A DNA stretch of 64,000 nucleotides, taken from Heptranchias perlo (Eukaryota). The translations under genes and the position numbers were made by a program. Below the pieces are notes generated by a model. It did not search any database. It had not been told where the DNA came from and worked only from the letters and a program-made list of their open reading frames with translations. The stretch covers positions 1,550,001 through 1,614,000 of the forward strand of contig NC_090369.1 in the NCBI RefSeq assembly GCF_035084215.1. Reading direction: 5' to 3'. Positions 1 through 13,845 of the stretch are shown here, one piece after another; within the stretch, counting starts at the first letter, position 1; every line of letters begins with the position of its first letter.

Positions 1-2472
1 TATCTAACCCTGTACCTGCCCTGGGAGTGTTTGATGGGACAGTGTAGAGGGAGCTTTACTCTGTATCTAACCCTGTACCTGCCCCGGGAGTGTTTGATGG
101 GACAGTGTAGAGGGAGCTTTACTCTGTATCTAACCCTGTACCTGCCCTGGGAGTGTTTGATGGGACAGTGTAGAGGGAGCTTTACTCTGTATCTAACCCT
201 GTACCTGCCCTGGGAGTGTTTGATGGGACAGTGTAGAGGGAGCTTTACTCTGTATCTAACCCTGTACCTGCCCCGGGAGTGTTTGATGGGACAGTGTAGA
301 GGGAGCTTTACTCTGTATCTAACCCTGTACCTGCCCTGGGAGTGTTTGACGGGACAGTGTAGAGGGAGCTTTACTCTGTATCTAACCCTGTACCTGCCCT
401 GGGAGTGTTTGATGGGACAGTGTAGAGGGAGCTTTACTCTGTATCTAACCCGTGCTGTACCTGCCCCGGGATTGTTTGATGGGACAGTGTAGAGGGAGCT
501 TTACTCTGTATCTAACCCGTGATGTACCTGCCCTGGGAGTGTTTGATGGGACAGTGTAGAGGGAGCTTTACTCTGTATCTAACCCGTGCTGTACCTGCCC
601 CGGGATTGTTTGATGGGACAGTGTAGAGGGAGCTTTACTCTGTATCTAACCCTGTACCTGCCCTGGGAGTGTTTGATGGGACAGTGTAGAGGGAGCTTTA
701 CTCTGTACTAACCCTGTACCTGCCCTGGGAGTGTTTGATGGGACAGTGTAGAGGGAGCTTTACTCTGTATCTAACCCTGTACCTGCCCTGGGAGTGTTTG
801 ATGGGACAGTGTAGAGGGAGCTTTACTCTGTATCTAACCCTGTACCTGCCCTGGGAGTGTTTGATGGGACAGTGCAGAGGGAGCGTCACTCTGTATCTAA
901 CCCTGTACCTGCCCTGGGAGTGTTTGATGGGACAGTGTAGAGGGAGCTTTACTCTGTATCTAACCCTGTACCTGCCCTGGGAGTGTTTGATGGGACAGTG
1001 TAGAGGGAGCTTTACTCTGTATCTAACCCTGTACCTGCCCTGGGAGTGTTTGATGGGACAGTGTAGAGGGAGCTTTACTCTGTATCTAACCCTGTACCTG
1101 CCCTGGGAGTGTTTGATGGGACAGTGCAGAGGGAGCTTTACTCTGTATCTAACCCTGTACCTGCCCTGGGAGTGTTTGATGGGACAGTGTTGAGGGAGCT
1201 TTACTCTGTATCTAACCCTGTACCTGCCCTGGGAGTGTTTGATGGGACAGTGTAGAGGGAGTTTTACTCTGTATCTAACCCTGTACCTGCCCTGGGAGTG
1301 TTTGATGGGACAGTGTAGAGGGAGCTTTACTCTGTATCTAACCCTGTACCTGCCCTGGGAGTGTTTGATGGGACAGTGTAGAGGGAGCTTTACTCTGTAT
1401 CTAACCCTGTACCTGCCCTGGGAGTGTTTGATGGGACAGTGTAGAGGGAGCTTTACTCTGTACTAACCCTGTACCTGCCCTGGGAGTGTTTGATGGGACA
1501 GTGTAGAGGGAGCTTTACTCTGTATCTAACCCTGTACCTGCCCTGGGAGTGTTTGATGGGACAGTGTAGAGGGAGCTTTACTCTGTATCTAACCCTGTAC
1601 CTGCCCTGGGAGTGTTTGATGGGACAGTGCAGAGGGAGCGTCACTCTGTATCTCTCCCTGTACCTGCCCTGGGAGTGTTTGATGGGACAGTGTAGAGGGA
1701 GCTTTACTCTGTATCTAACCCTGTACCTGCCCTGGGAGTGTTTGACGGGACAGTGTAGAGGGAGCTTTACTCTGTACTAACCCTGTACCTGCCCTGGGAG
1801 TGTTTGATGGGACAGTGTAGAGGGAGCTTTACTCTGTATCTAACCCTGTACCTGCCCTGGGAGTGTTTGATGGGACAGTGTAGAGGGAGCTTTACTCTGT
1901 ATCTAACCCTGTACCTGCCCTGGGAGTGTTTGATGGGACAGTGGAGAGGGAGCTTTACTCTGTATCTAACCCTGTACCTGCCCTGGGAGTGTTTGATGGG
2001 ACAGTGTAGAGGGAGCTTTACTCTGTATCTAACCCTGTACCTGCCCTGGGAGTGTTTGATGGGACAGTGTAGAGGGAGCTTTACTCTGTATCTAACCCTG
2101 TACCTGCCCTGGGAGTGTTTGATGGGACAGTGTAGAGGGAGCTTTACTCTGTATCGAACCCTGTACCTGCCCTGGGAGTGTTTGATGGGACAGTGTCGAG
2201 GGAGCTTTACTCTGTATCTAACCCTGTACCTGCCCTGGGAGTGTTTGATGGGACAGTGTAGAGGGAGCTTTACTCTGTATCGAACCCTGTACCTGCCCTG
2301 GGAGTGTTTGATGGGACAGTGTAGAGGGAGCTTTACTCTGTATCTAACCCTGTACCTGACCCTGGGAGTGTTTGATGGGACAGTGTAGAGGGAGCTTTAC
2401 TCTGTATCTAACCCTGTACCTGCCCTGGGAGTGTTTGATGGGACAGTGGAGAGGGAGTTTTACTCTGTATCT
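1..2472 (+). repeat. 63-bp minisatellite array (CTGTATCTAACCCTGTACCTGCCCTGGGAGTGTTTGATGGGACAGTGTAGAGGGAGCTTTACT), about 39 copies
   Basis: Directly visible tandem unit. A few copies carry a 5-bp longer variant (AACCCGTGCTGTACC). Confidence 0.98.
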
Positions 2473-2939
2473 GACGATTCGGGCCCAGGACATGGAAGGA
2501 GGTGTCCTTTATCGATGAGGTCACTGTCTGACGATGTCAGTGTCTGGGATTTCACAACCTTGGTTTCGATGAATGGCTCGAGTTGAAATGATATTTGAGA
2601 TGACAGATATTTATGAATGGCCTGAGTATCCATCTACCTCGATGGATTGGGCGGAGGGAAACCCCCGTCTTTGTGAATGGGATACGGGCTGTCCAGTCCT
2701 CCCCTGTGTCCCAGCCCCTCTCTGCACTGCCAGAGATGGAGCCAACCCCCGAGTCAGTCTGATCACAGCTCCCCCCGCCTTTGTGAACTCGGGGACAGAA
2801 TTCACCACAGATCTTGGAAGTGCGATGGGCAATGTGGGGAAATGTGGGATATTCAGAGGCCTGTGAGATCTGAGTGACTGTCTGTCCATCTCTCTGTACC
2901 CCATCGTAAGCACATCGGAGACTGGAGGAATCACACAGT

Positions 2940-3100
2940 GTGGGGCCCAGAACTGAACACAATACTCCAGCTCAGGCCCAACCAGAGTTTTATAAAGGGT
3001 TAGAATAACTTTCTTGCTGCTGTACTCTATGCCTCTATTAAAAAAAAATCAGATCCTGGGCTTTATTAACAGCCTTCTCAACTTGTCCTGCCACCTTCAA
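2940..3100 (-). mobile_element. Degenerate CR1-type LINE fragment
   Basis: Reverse complement resembles the CR1 RT segment at 46990-47100 (L.LYKTLV...LE.CVQF). Confidence 0.55.
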
Positions 3101-3102
3101 AG

Positions 3103-3432
3103 ACACTCTCCCCATCACAGACTCTCCCCACCCATTTAATCTCCCCTCACACCCCCTGTACACTCTCCCCACTCACAGACTCTCCCCACCCATTTAATCT
3201 CCCCTCACACCCCCTGTACACTCTCCCCACTCACAGACTCTCCCCACCCATTTAATCTCCCCCACACCCCCTGTACACTCTCCCCATCACAGACTCTCCC
3301 CACCCATTTAATCTCCCCCACACCCCCTGTACACTCTCCCCATCACAGACTCTCCCCACCCATTTAATCTCCCCCACACCCCCTGTACACTCTCCCCATC
3401 ACAGACTCTCCCCACCCATTTAATCTCCCCCA
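3103..3432. repeat. 56-58-bp minisatellite (ACACTCTCCCCATCACAGACTCTCCCCACCCATTTAATCTCCCCCACACCCCCTGT), about 6 copies, running into a gap
   Basis: Visible tandem unit. Confidence 0.95.
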
Positions 3433-3632
3433 NNNNNNNNNNNNNNNNNNNNNNNNNNNNNNNNNNNNNNNNNNNNNNNNNNNNNNNNNNNNNNNNNNNN
3501 NNNNNNNNNNNNNNNNNNNNNNNNNNNNNNNNNNNNNNNNNNNNNNNNNNNNNNNNNNNNNNNNNNNNNNNNNNNNNNNNNNNNNNNNNNNNNNNNNNNN
3601 NNNNNNNNNNNNNNNNNNNNNNNNNNNNNNNN
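3433..3632. other. Assembly gap (200 N)
   Basis: Run of N. Confidence 1.
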
Positions 3633-3948
3633 TGGGGGGGGTGAGGAGTCCCCATAGTTTGGGGGGGTGAGGAGTCCCCACAGTTTGGGGGGGGGTGAGG
3701 AGTCCCCACAGTTTGTGGGGGGGGTGAGGAGTCCCCACAGTTTTGGGGGGTTGAGGAGTCCCCACAGTTTGGGGGGGGGTGAGGAGTCCCCATAGTTTGG
3801 GGGGGTGAGGAGTCCCCACAGTTTGTGGGGGGGGGGTGAGGAAGTCCCCACAGTTTGGGGGGTGAGGAGTCCCCACAGTTTGTGGGGTGAGGAGTCCCCA
3901 CAGTTGGGGGGGTGAGGAGTCCCCACAGTTTGGGGGGGGTGAGGAGTT
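3633..3948. repeat. About 30-bp G-rich minisatellite (GTGAGGAGTCCCCACAGTTTGGGGGG)
   Basis: Visible tandem unit; same family as 4951-6030. Confidence 0.95.
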
Positions 3949-4018
3949 TGAGTCTGAGAGAGGACGTGGTGACCGGTCGCTCTTCTGACCTTTGATATTC
4001 GCTCTGGTCTTCTTGCAG

Positions 4019-4151
4019 CAAGTACAATGTTTTTGTGGAGGATATCATGGTCCGTAATGTGGTTCACGTCTGCTCGATTTGCAAATACCGAGACCTGCAG
4101 AAAATCCTCAATCAAAGCACTCTGAAAACCTTCCCTTTGTAGACTCCGCAG
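4019..4151 (+). CDS. ClC chloride channel (ClC-1/ClC-0 clade), CBS1 exon, with an apparent 1-bp deletion near 4136-4139
   Basis: Boundaries ttgcag|C..GCAG|gtaggt. Encodes KYNVFVEDIMVRNVVHVCSICKYRDLQKILNQSTLKTFP[fs]VDSA, which resembles CLCN1 KYTIFVEDIMVRDV...VKTLPLVDS. Confidence 0.9.
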
Positions 4152-4250
4152 GTAGGTCAAAGGTCCCCACTGGGTGAAAGGTCATTGATTGACCCCCATT
4201 GCCCCCTGACTGTCCCCCCACCATCAGAGAGAGAGAGAAAAAGGAGCTCT

Positions 4251-4670
4251 TCATGACTTGCCCTTTGAACTCATAACTTGCCCTTTGAACTCATAACTTG
4301 TCCTTTGAACTCATGACTTGTCCTTTGAACTCATGACTTGCCCTGTGAACTCATGACTTGCCCTTAAAACTCATGACTTGCACTTTGAACTCATGACTTG
4401 TCCTTTGAACTCATGACTTGCCCTTTGAACTCATGACTTGCCCTTTGAACTCATGACTTGCCCTTTGAACTCATGACTTCCCCTTAGAACTCATGACTTG
4501 CCCTTTGAACTCATGACTTGTCCTTTGAACTCATGACTTGCCCTTTGAACTCATGACTTGCCCTTTGAACTCATGACTTGCCCTGTGAACTCATGCCTTG
4601 ACCTGTGAACTCATGACTTGCCCTTAAAACACAAGCCTTGACCTGTGACCTCATGACCTGACCTTTAAAC
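4251..4670. repeat. 20-bp minisatellite (TCATGACTTGCCCTTTGAAC), about 20 copies, intronic
   Basis: Visible tandem unit. Confidence 0.97.
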
Positions 4671-4696
4671 TCTCCCCCTCCGGCTCTCTTTTCCAG

Positions 4697-4923
4697 TCTC
4701 CATGATTCTCTTGGGCTCCATTGAGCGGACGGAGATTTTGAGCCTCCTCCAGCGGCACTTCAGCCGGGAGCGAAGGCTGAAGGAGGACAGGGAGAGGAAA
4801 GGACACGAGGAGCCGTTCACTGGCCAGGCCCCCGGCATCGAGGGGGCTCCAGCAACCAATCACATGTCCTTCCTGTTCATCGATGAGGAGGAGGGGGACG
4901 GATACGAGATGGACAACCTGGAG
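4697..4923 (+). CDS. ClC chloride channel exon: end of CBS1 and inter-CBS linker
   Basis: Boundaries ttccag|TC..GAG|gtaagg. Encodes SMILLGSIERTEILSLLQRHFSRERRL...SFLFIDEEE, which resembles CLCN1 [21 protein letters not shown]...SFAFVDEDE. Confidence 0.92.
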
Positions 4924-4950
4924 GTAAGGGCGGGAAGGGAGAGGGCCAAG

Positions 4951-6030
4951 GGGGTGAGGAGACCCCACAGTTTGGGGGGTGAGGAGACCCCACAGTTTGG
5001 GGGGGTGAGGAGACCCACAGTTTGGGGGGTGAGGAGACCCCACAGTTTGGGGGGTGAGGAGACCCCACAGTTTGGGGGGTGAGGAGACCCCACAGTTTGG
5101 GGGGTGAGGAGACCCCACAGTTTGGGGGGGGGGTGATGAGACCCCACAGTTTGGGGGGTGAGGAGACCCCACAGTTTGGGGGGTGAGGAGACCCCACAGT
5201 TTGGGGGGTGAGGAGACCCCACAGTTTGGGGGGGGGTGAGGAGTCCCCACAGTTTGGGGGGGGTGAGGAGACCCCACAGTTTGGGGGGGTGAGGAGACCC
5301 CACAGTTTGGGGGGGTGAGGAGTCCCCACAGTTTGGGGGCGGGGGGGAGACCCCACAGTTTGGGGGGGTGAGGAGACCCCACAGTTTGGGTGGGTGAGGA
5401 GACCCCACAGTTTGGGGGGTGAGGAGTCCCCACAGTTTGGGGGGTGAGGAGACCCCACAGTTTGGGGGAGGGTGAGGAGTCCCCACAGTTTGGGGAGGTG
5501 AGGAGTCCCCACAGTTTGGGGGGGTGAGGAGACCCCACAGTTTGGGGGAGGGTGAGCAGTCCCCACAGTTTGGGGGGGGTGAGGAGTCCCCACAGTTTGG
5601 GGGGGTGAGGAGTCCCCACAGTTTGGGGGAGGGTGAGGAGTCCCCACAGTTTGGGGAGGTGAGGAGTCCCCACAGTTTGGGGGGGTGAGGAGTCCCCACA
5701 GTTTGGGGGGTGAGGAGTCCCCACAGTTTGAGGGCGGGTGAGGAGTCCCCACAGTTTGGGGGGGGTGAGGAGTCCCCACAGTTTGGGGGGGGGTGAGGAG
5801 TCCCCACAGTTTGGGGGGGGGTGAGGAGTCCCCACAGTTTGGGGGGGGGTGAGGAGTCCCCACAGTTTGGGGGGGGTGAGGAGTCCCCACAGTTTGGGGG
5901 GGGTGAGGAGTCCCCACAGTTTGGGGGGGTGAGGAGTCCCCACAGTTTGGGGGGTGAGGAGTCCCCACAGTTTGAGGGGGGTGAGGAGTCCCCACAGTTT
6001 GAGGGGGGTGAGGAGTCCCCACAGTTTTGG
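4951..6030. repeat. About 30-bp G-rich minisatellite, about 35 copies, filling the ClC intron
   Basis: Unit GTGAGGAG(A/T)CCCCACAGTTTG(n). Confidence 0.97.
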
Positions 6031-6104
6031 GGTTGCAGGGTTTTGACGATGAGACGAAGCACCTCTCGGTTGAATTGCCGCTGAGGATTTCTTTCTTTTT
6101 GCAG

Positions 6105-6186
6105 AGATCACGGGCTGAGACACCGAAGCCTCCAACAGGCGAACAGCCCAAACGACCGACGACAGATCGAAAAGCGGAGAGTAAAG
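6105..6186 (+). CDS. Probable next ClC linker exon (RSRAETPKPPTGEQPKRPTTDRKAESK)
   Basis: Strong polypyrimidine tract with cag acceptor and G|gtagga donor. Open in phase 0, continuing the previous exon. Pro-rich like the ClC-1/ClC-0 linker. Confidence 0.7.
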
Positions 6187-6402
6187 GTAGGAGTTAGGGA
6201 TCGATCTCCCCACACCCGCAGGTACAGACCATCATTCAGTACACAGCAAGATCCCAGAAACGGCCAATGCGTTCGAGGCTCCAGTTAATGTGGCGGTGGG
6301 CCCAGGACGCTGGGGAGAACGACCCCTGACCCTCCTCGAATCGTCTCTGTGGGATCTTCCTGAACTGGGAGACGGGGTCACAGTATAAGATCCCCCAATG
6401 AA

Positions 6403-9400
6403 AGGGTTAGATACAGAGTAAAGCTCACTCTACACTGTCCCATCAAACACTCCCAGGGCAGGTACAGGGTTAGATACAGAGTAAAGCTCCCTCTACACTG
6501 TCCCATCAAACACTCCCAGGGTCAGGTACAGGGTCAGATACAGAGTAAAGCTCCCTCTACACTGTCCCATCAAACACTCCCAGGGCAGTACAGGGTTAGA
6601 TACAGAGTAAAGCTCACTCTACACTGTCCCATCAAACACTCCCAGGGCAGGTACAGGGTTAGATACAGAGTAAAGCTCCCTCTACACTGTCCCGTCAAAC
6701 ACTCCCAGGGCAGGTACAGGGTTAGATACAGAGTAAAGCTCCCTCTACACTGTCCATCAAACACTCCCAGGGCAGGTACAGGGTCAGATACAGAGTAAAG
6801 CTCCCTCTACACTGTCCCGTCAAACACTCCCAGGGCAGGTACAGGGTTAGATACAGAGTAAAGCTCCCTCCACACTGTCCCATCAAACACTCCCAGGGCA
6901 GGTACAGGGTTAGATACAGAGTAAAGCTCCCTCTACACTGTCCCGTCAAACACTCCCAGGGCAGGTACAGGGTTAGATACCAGAGTAAAGCTCCCTCTAC
7001 ACTGTCCCATCAAACACTCCCAGGGCAGGTACAGGGTTAGATACAGAGTAAAGCTCCTCTACACTGTCCCATCAAACACTCCCAGGGCAGGTACAGGGTT
7101 AGATACAGAGTAAAGCTCCCTCTACACTGTCCCATCAAACACTCCCAGGGTCAGGTACAGGGTTAGATACAGAGTAAAGCTCCCTCTACACTGTCCCATC
7201 AAACACTCCCAGGGTCAGGTACAGGGTTAGATACAGAGTAAAGCTCCCTCTACACTGTCCCATCAAACACTCCCAGGGTCAGGTACAGGGTTAGATACAG
7301 AGTAAAGCTCCCTCTACACCGTCCCATCAAACACTCCCAGGACAGGTACAGGGTTAGATACAGAGTAAAGCTCCCTCTACACTGTCCCATCAAACACTCC
7401 CAGGGCAGGTACAGGGTTAGATACAGAGTAAAGCTCCCTCTACACTGTCCATCAAACACTCCCAGGGCAGGTACAGGGTTAGATACAGAGTAAAGCTCCC
7501 TCTACACTGTCCCATCAAACACTCCCAGGGCAGGTACAGGGTGAGATACAGAGTAAAGCTCCCTCTACACCTGTCCCATCAAACACTCCCAGGGTCAGGT
7601 ACAGGGTTAGATACAGAGTAAAGCTCCCTCTACACTGTCCCGTCAAACACTCCCAGGGCAGGTACAGGGTTAGATACAGAGTAAAGCTCCCTCTACACTG
7701 TCCCATCAAACACTCCCAGGGTCAGGTACAGGGTTAGATACAGAGTAAAGCTCCCTCTACACTGTCCCATCAAATACTCCCAGGGTCAGGTACAGGGTTA
7801 GATACAGAGTAAAGCTCCCTCTACACTGTCCCATCAAACACTCCCAGGGGCAGGTACAGGGTTAGATACAGAGTAAAGCTCCCTCTACACTGTCCCGTCA
7901 AACACTCCCAGGGCAGGTACAGGGTTAGATACAGAGTAAAGCTCCCTCTACACTGTCCCATCAAACACTCCCAGGGTCAGGTACAGGGTTAGATACAGAG
8001 TAAAGCTCCCTCTACACTGTCCCATCAAACACTCCCAGGGTCAGGTACAGGGTTAGATACAGAGTAAAGCTCCCTCTACACTGTCCCATCAAACACTCCC
8101 AGGGTCAGGTACAGGGTTAGATACAGAGTAAAGCTCCCTCTACACTGTCCCATCAAACACTCCCAGGTCAGGTACAGGGTTAGATACAGAGTAAAGCTCC
8201 CTCTACACCGTCCCATCAAACACTCCCAGGACAGGTACAGGGTTAGATACAGAGTAAAGCTCCCTCTACACTGTCCCATCAAACACTCCCAGGGCAGGTA
8301 CAGGGTTAGATACAGAGTAAAGCTCCCTCTACACTGTCCATCAAACACTCCCAGGGCAGGTACAGGGTTAGATACAGAGTAAAGCTCCCTCTACACTGTC
8401 CCATCAAACACTCCCAGGGCAGGTACAGGGTGAGATACAGAGTAAAGCTCCCTCTACACTGTCCCATCAAACACTCCCAGGGTCAGGTACAGGGTTAGAT
8501 ACAGAGTAAAGCTCCCTCTACACTGTCCCGTCAAACACTCCCAGGGCAGGTACAGGGTTAGATACAGAGTAAAGCTCCCTCTACACTGTCCCATCAAACA
8601 CTCCCAGGGTCAGGTACAGGGTTAGATACAGAGTAAAGCTCCCTCTACACTGTCCCATCAAATACTCCCAGGGTCAGGTACAGGGTTAGATACAGAGTAA
8701 AGCTCCCTCTACACTGTCCCGTCAAACACTCCCAGGGCAGGTACAGGGTTAGATACAGAGTAAAGCTCCCTCTACACTGTCCCATCAAACACTCCCAGGG
8801 TCAGGTACAGGGTTAGATACAGAGTAAAGCTCCCTCTACACTGTCCCATCAAACACTCCCAGGGTCAGGTACAGGGTTAGATACAGAGTAAAGCTCCCTC
8901 TACACCGTCCCATCAAACACTCCCAGGACAGGTACAGGGTTAGATACAGAGTAAAGCTCCCTCTACACTGTCCATCAAACACTCCCAGGGCAGGTACAGG
9001 GTTAGATACAGAGTAAAGCTCCCTCTACACTGTCCATCAAACACTCCCAGGGCAGGTACAGGGTTAGATACAGAGTAAAGCTCCCTCTACACTGTCCCAT
9101 CAAACACTCCCAGGGCAGGTACAGGGTGAGATACAGAGTAAAGCTCCCTCTACACTGTCCCATCAAACACTCCCAGGGTCAGGTACAGGGTTAGATACAG
9201 AGTAAAGCTCCCTCTACACTGTCCCGTCAAACACTCCCAGGGCAGGTACAGGGTTAGATACAGAGTAAAGCTCCCTCTACACTGTCCCATCAAACACTCC
9301 CAGGGTCAGGTACAGGGTTAGATACAGAGTAAAGCTCCCTCTACACTGTCCCATCAAATACTCCCAGGGTCAGGTACAGGGTTAGATACAGAGTAAAGCT

Positions 9401-12400
9401 CCCTCTACACTGTCCCATCAAACACTCCCAGGGGCAGGTACAGGGTTAGATACAGAGTAAAGCTCCCTCTACACTGTCCCGTCAAACACTCCCAGGGCAG
9501 GTACAGGGTTAGATACAGAGTAAAGCTCCCTCTACACTGTCCCATCAAACACTCCCAGGGCAGGTACAGGGTTAGATACAGAGTAAAGCTCCCTCTACTC
9601 TGTCCCATCAAACACTCCCAGGGGCAGGTACAGGGTTAGATACAGAGTAAAGCTCCCTCTACACTGTCCCATCAAACACTCCCAGGGTCAGGTACAGGGT
9701 TAGATACAGAGTAAAGCTCCCTCTACACCGTCCCATCAAACACTCCCAGGACAGGTACAGGGTTAGATACAGAGTAAAGCTCCCTCTACACTGTCCCATC
9801 AAACACTCCCAGGCAGGTACAGGGTTAGATACAGAGTAAAGCTCCCTCTACACTGTCCCATCAAACACTCCCAGGGCAGGTACAGGGTTAGATACAGAGT
9901 AAAGCTCCCTCTACACTGTCCCATCAAACACTCCCAGGGCAGGTACAGGGTTAGATACAGAGTAAAGCTCCCTCTACACTGTCCCATCAAACACTCCCAG
10001 GGTCAGGTACAGGGTTAGATACAGAGTAAAGCTCCCTCTACACCGTCCCATCAAACACTCCCAGGACAGGTACAGGGTTAGATACAGAGTAAAGCTCCCT
10101 CTACACTGTCCCATCAAACACTCCCAGGGTCAGGTACAGGGTTAGATACAGAGTAAAGCTCCCTCTACACTGTCCCATCAAATACTCCCAGGGTCAGGTA
10201 CAGGGTTAGATACAGAGTAAAGCTCCCTCTACACTGTCCCATCAAACACTCCCAGGGGCAGGTACAGGGTTAGATACAGAGTAAAGCTCCCTCTACACTG
10301 TCCCATCAAACACTCCCAGGGGCAGGTACAGGGTTAGATACAGAGTAAAGCTCCCTCTACACTGTCCCATCAAACACTCCCAGGGCAGGTACAGCGTTAG
10401 ATACAGAGTAAAGCTCCCTCTACACTGTCCCGTCAAACACTCCCAGGGCAGGTACAGGGTTCGATACAGAGTAAAGCTCCCTCTACACTGTCCCATCAAA
10501 CACTCCCAGGGCAGGTACAGGGTTAGATACAGAGTAAAGCTCCCTCTACTCTGTCCCATCAAACACTCCCAGGGCAGGTACAGGGTTAGATACAGAGTAA
10601 AGCTCCCTCTACACTGTCCCATCAAACACTCCCAGGGGCAGGTACAGGGTTAGATACAGAGTAAAGCTCCCTCTACACTGTCCCATCAAACACTCCCAGG
10701 GTCAGGTACAGGGTTAGATACAGAGTAAAGCTCCCTCTACACCGTCCCATCAAACACTCCCAGGACAGGTACAGGGTTAGATACAGAGTAAAGCTCCCTC
10801 TACACTGTCCCATCAAACACTCCCAGGGCAGGTACAGGGTTAGATACAGAGTAAAGCTCCCTCTACACTGTCCATCAAACACTCCCAGGGCAGGTACAGG
10901 GTGAGATACAGAGTAAAGCTCCCTCTACACTGTCCCATCAAACACTCCCAGGGCAGGTACAGGGTTAGATACAGAGTAAAGCTCCCTCTACACTGTCCCA
11001 TCAAACACTCCCAGGGCAGGTACAGGGTTAGATACAGAGTAAAGCTCCCTCTACACTGTCCCATCAAACACTCCCAGGGTCAGGTACAGGGTTAGATACA
11101 GAGTAAAGCTCCCTCTACACTGTCCCGTCAAACACTCCCAGGGCAGGTACAGGGTTAGATACAGAGTAAAGCTCCCTCTACACTGTCCCATCAAACACTC
11201 CCAGGGTCAGGTACAGGGTTAGATACAGAGTAAAGCTCCCTCTACTCTGTCCCATCAAACACTCCCAGGGGCAGGTACAGGTTAGATACAGAGTAAAGCT
11301 CCCTCTACACTGTCCCATCAAACACTCCCAGGGCAGGTACAGCGTTAGATACAGAGTAAAGCTCCCTCTACACTGTCCCGTCAAACACTCCCAGGGCAGG
11401 TACAGGGTTAGATACAGAGTAAATCTCCCTCTACACTGTCCCATCAAACACTCCCAGGGCAGGTACAGGGTTAGATACAGAGTAAAGCTCCCTCCACACT
11501 GTCCCATCAAACATTCCCAGGGCAGGTACAGGGTTAGATACAGAGTAAAGCTCACTCCACACTGTCCCATCAAACACTCCCAGGGCAGGGACAGGGTTAG
11601 ATACAGAGTAAAGCTCCCTCTACTCTGTCCCATCAAACACTCCCAGGGCAGGTACAGGGTTAGATACAGAGTAAAGCTCCCTCTACACTGTCCCATCAAA
11701 CACTCCCAGGGGCAGGTACAGGGTTAGATACAGAGTAAAGCTCCCTCTACACTGTCCATCAAACACTCCCAGGGCAGGTACAGGGTTAGATACAGAGTAA
11801 AGCTCCCTCTACACTGTCCCGTCAAACACTCCCAGGGTCAGGTACAGAGTTAGATACAGAGTAAAGCTCCCTCTACACTGTCCATCAAACACTCCCAGGG
11901 CAGGTACAGGGTTAGATACAGAGTAAAGCTCCCTCTACACTGTTCCATCAAACACTCCCAGGGCAGGTACAGGGTTAGATACAGAGTAAAGCTCCCTCTA
12001 CACTGTCCCATCAAACACTCCCAGGGCAGGTACAGGGTTAGATACAGAGTAAAGCTCCCTCTACACTGTCCCATCAAACACTCCCAGGGCAGGTACAGGG
12101 TTAGATACAGAGTAAAGCTCACTCTACACTGTCCCATCAAACACTCCCAGGGTCAGGTACAGGGTTAGATACAGAGTAAAGCTCCCTCTACACTGTCCCA
12201 TCAAACACTCCCAGGGTCAGGTACAGGGTTAGATACAGAGTAAAGCTCCCTCCACACTGTCCCATCAAACACTCCCAGGGTCAGGTACAGGGTTAGATAC
12301 AGAGTAAAGCTCCCTCTACACTGTCCATCAAACACTCCCAGGGCAGGTACAGGGTTAGATACAGAGTAAAGCTCCTCTACACTGTCCCATCAAACACTCC

Positions 12401-13668
12401 CAGGGTCAGGTACAGGGTTAGATACAGAGTAAAGCTCCCTCTACACTGTTCCATCAAACACTCCCAGGGCAGGTACAGGGTTAGATACAGAGTAAAGCTC
12501 CCTCTACACTGTCCCATCAAACACTCCCAGGGCAGGTAAAGGGTTAGATACAGAGTAAAGCTCCCTCTACACTGTCCCATCAAACACTCCCAGGGTCAGG
12601 TACAGGGTTAGATACAGAGTAAAGCTCCCTCTACACTGTCCCATCAAACACTCCCAGGGTCAGGTACAGGGTTAGATACAGAGTAAAGCTCACTCTACAC
12701 CGTCCCATCAAACACTCCCAGGGCAGGTACAGGGTTAGATACAGAGTAAAGCTCCCTCTACACTGTCCCATCAAACACTCCAGGGTCAGGTACAGGGTTA
12801 GATACAGAGTAAAGCTCACTCTACACCGTCCCATCAAACACTCCCAGGGCAGGTACAGGGTTAGATACAGAGTAAAGCTCCCTCTACACTGTCCCATCAA
12901 ACACTCCCAGGGTCAGGTACAGGGTTAGATACAGAGTAAAGCTCCCTCTACACTGTCCCATCAAACACTCCCAGGGTCAGGTACAGGGTTAGATACAGAG
13001 TAAAGCTCACTCTACACCGTCCCATCAAACACTCCCAGGGCAGGTACAGGGTTAGATACAGAGTAAAGCTCCCTCTACACTGTCCCATCAAACACTCCCA
13101 GGGTCAGGTACAGGGTTAGATACAGAGTAAAGCTCCCTCTACACTGTCCCATCAAACACTCCCAGGGCAGGTACAGGGTTAGATACAGAGTAAAGCTCCC
13201 TCTACACTGTCCCATCAAACACTCCCAGGGTCAGGTACAGGGTTAGATACAGAGTAAAGCTCACTCTACACCGTCCCATCAAACACTCCCAGGTCAGGTA
13301 CAGGGTTAGATACAGAGTAAAGCTCCCTCTACACTCTCCCATCAAACACTCCCAGGGCAGGTACAGGGTTAGATACAGAGTAAAGCTCCTCGACACTGTC
13401 CCATCAAACACTCCCAGGGTCAGGTACAGGGTTGGATACAGAGTAAAGCTCACTCTACACCGTCCCATCAAACACTCCCAGGGGCAGGTACAGAGTTCGA
13501 TACAGAGTAAAGCTCCCTCCACACTGTTCCCGTCAAACACTCCCAGGGCAGGTACAGAGTTCGATACAGAGTAAAGCTCCCTCTACACTGTCCCATCAAA
13601 CACTCCCAGGGCAGGTACAGAGTTCGATACAGAGTGAAGCTCCCTCTACACTGTCCCATCAAACACTC
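6403..13668 (-). repeat. 63-bp minisatellite array, about 115 copies, inverted relative to 1-2472
   Basis: Unit is the reverse complement of the 1-2472 unit. Confidence 0.98.
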
Positions 13669-13675
13669 TCAGTCG

Positions 13676-13845
13676 TAGGTTTTAAGGAGGGTGTTAAAGG
13701 AGGAGAGAGAGGTGGAGAGGTTTAGGGAGGGAATTCCAGAGCTTAGGGTCCAGACGGCTGTAGGCACGGCTGCCAATGGTGGAGCGATGAAAATCGAGGT
13801 TGTGCAAGAAGCCGGAACTGGAGGAGCGCAGAGATCTGGGAAGCT
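13676..13845 (-). mobile_element. L2-like LINE 3' fragment
   Basis: Same dispersed repeat as 17290-17690. Encodes RS..SG.L...TIGSRAYSRLDPKLWNSLP, an L2-type C-terminal motif. Confidence 0.65.

Noticed and set aside
1-13668. 63-bp arrays as CRISPR arrays or as repeat proteins ([21 protein letters not shown])n
   Set aside because: There are no unique spacers, no cas genes, and the context is vertebrate. Frequent 1-bp indels break the frames, so the ORFs arise only because the unit length is divisible by 3.
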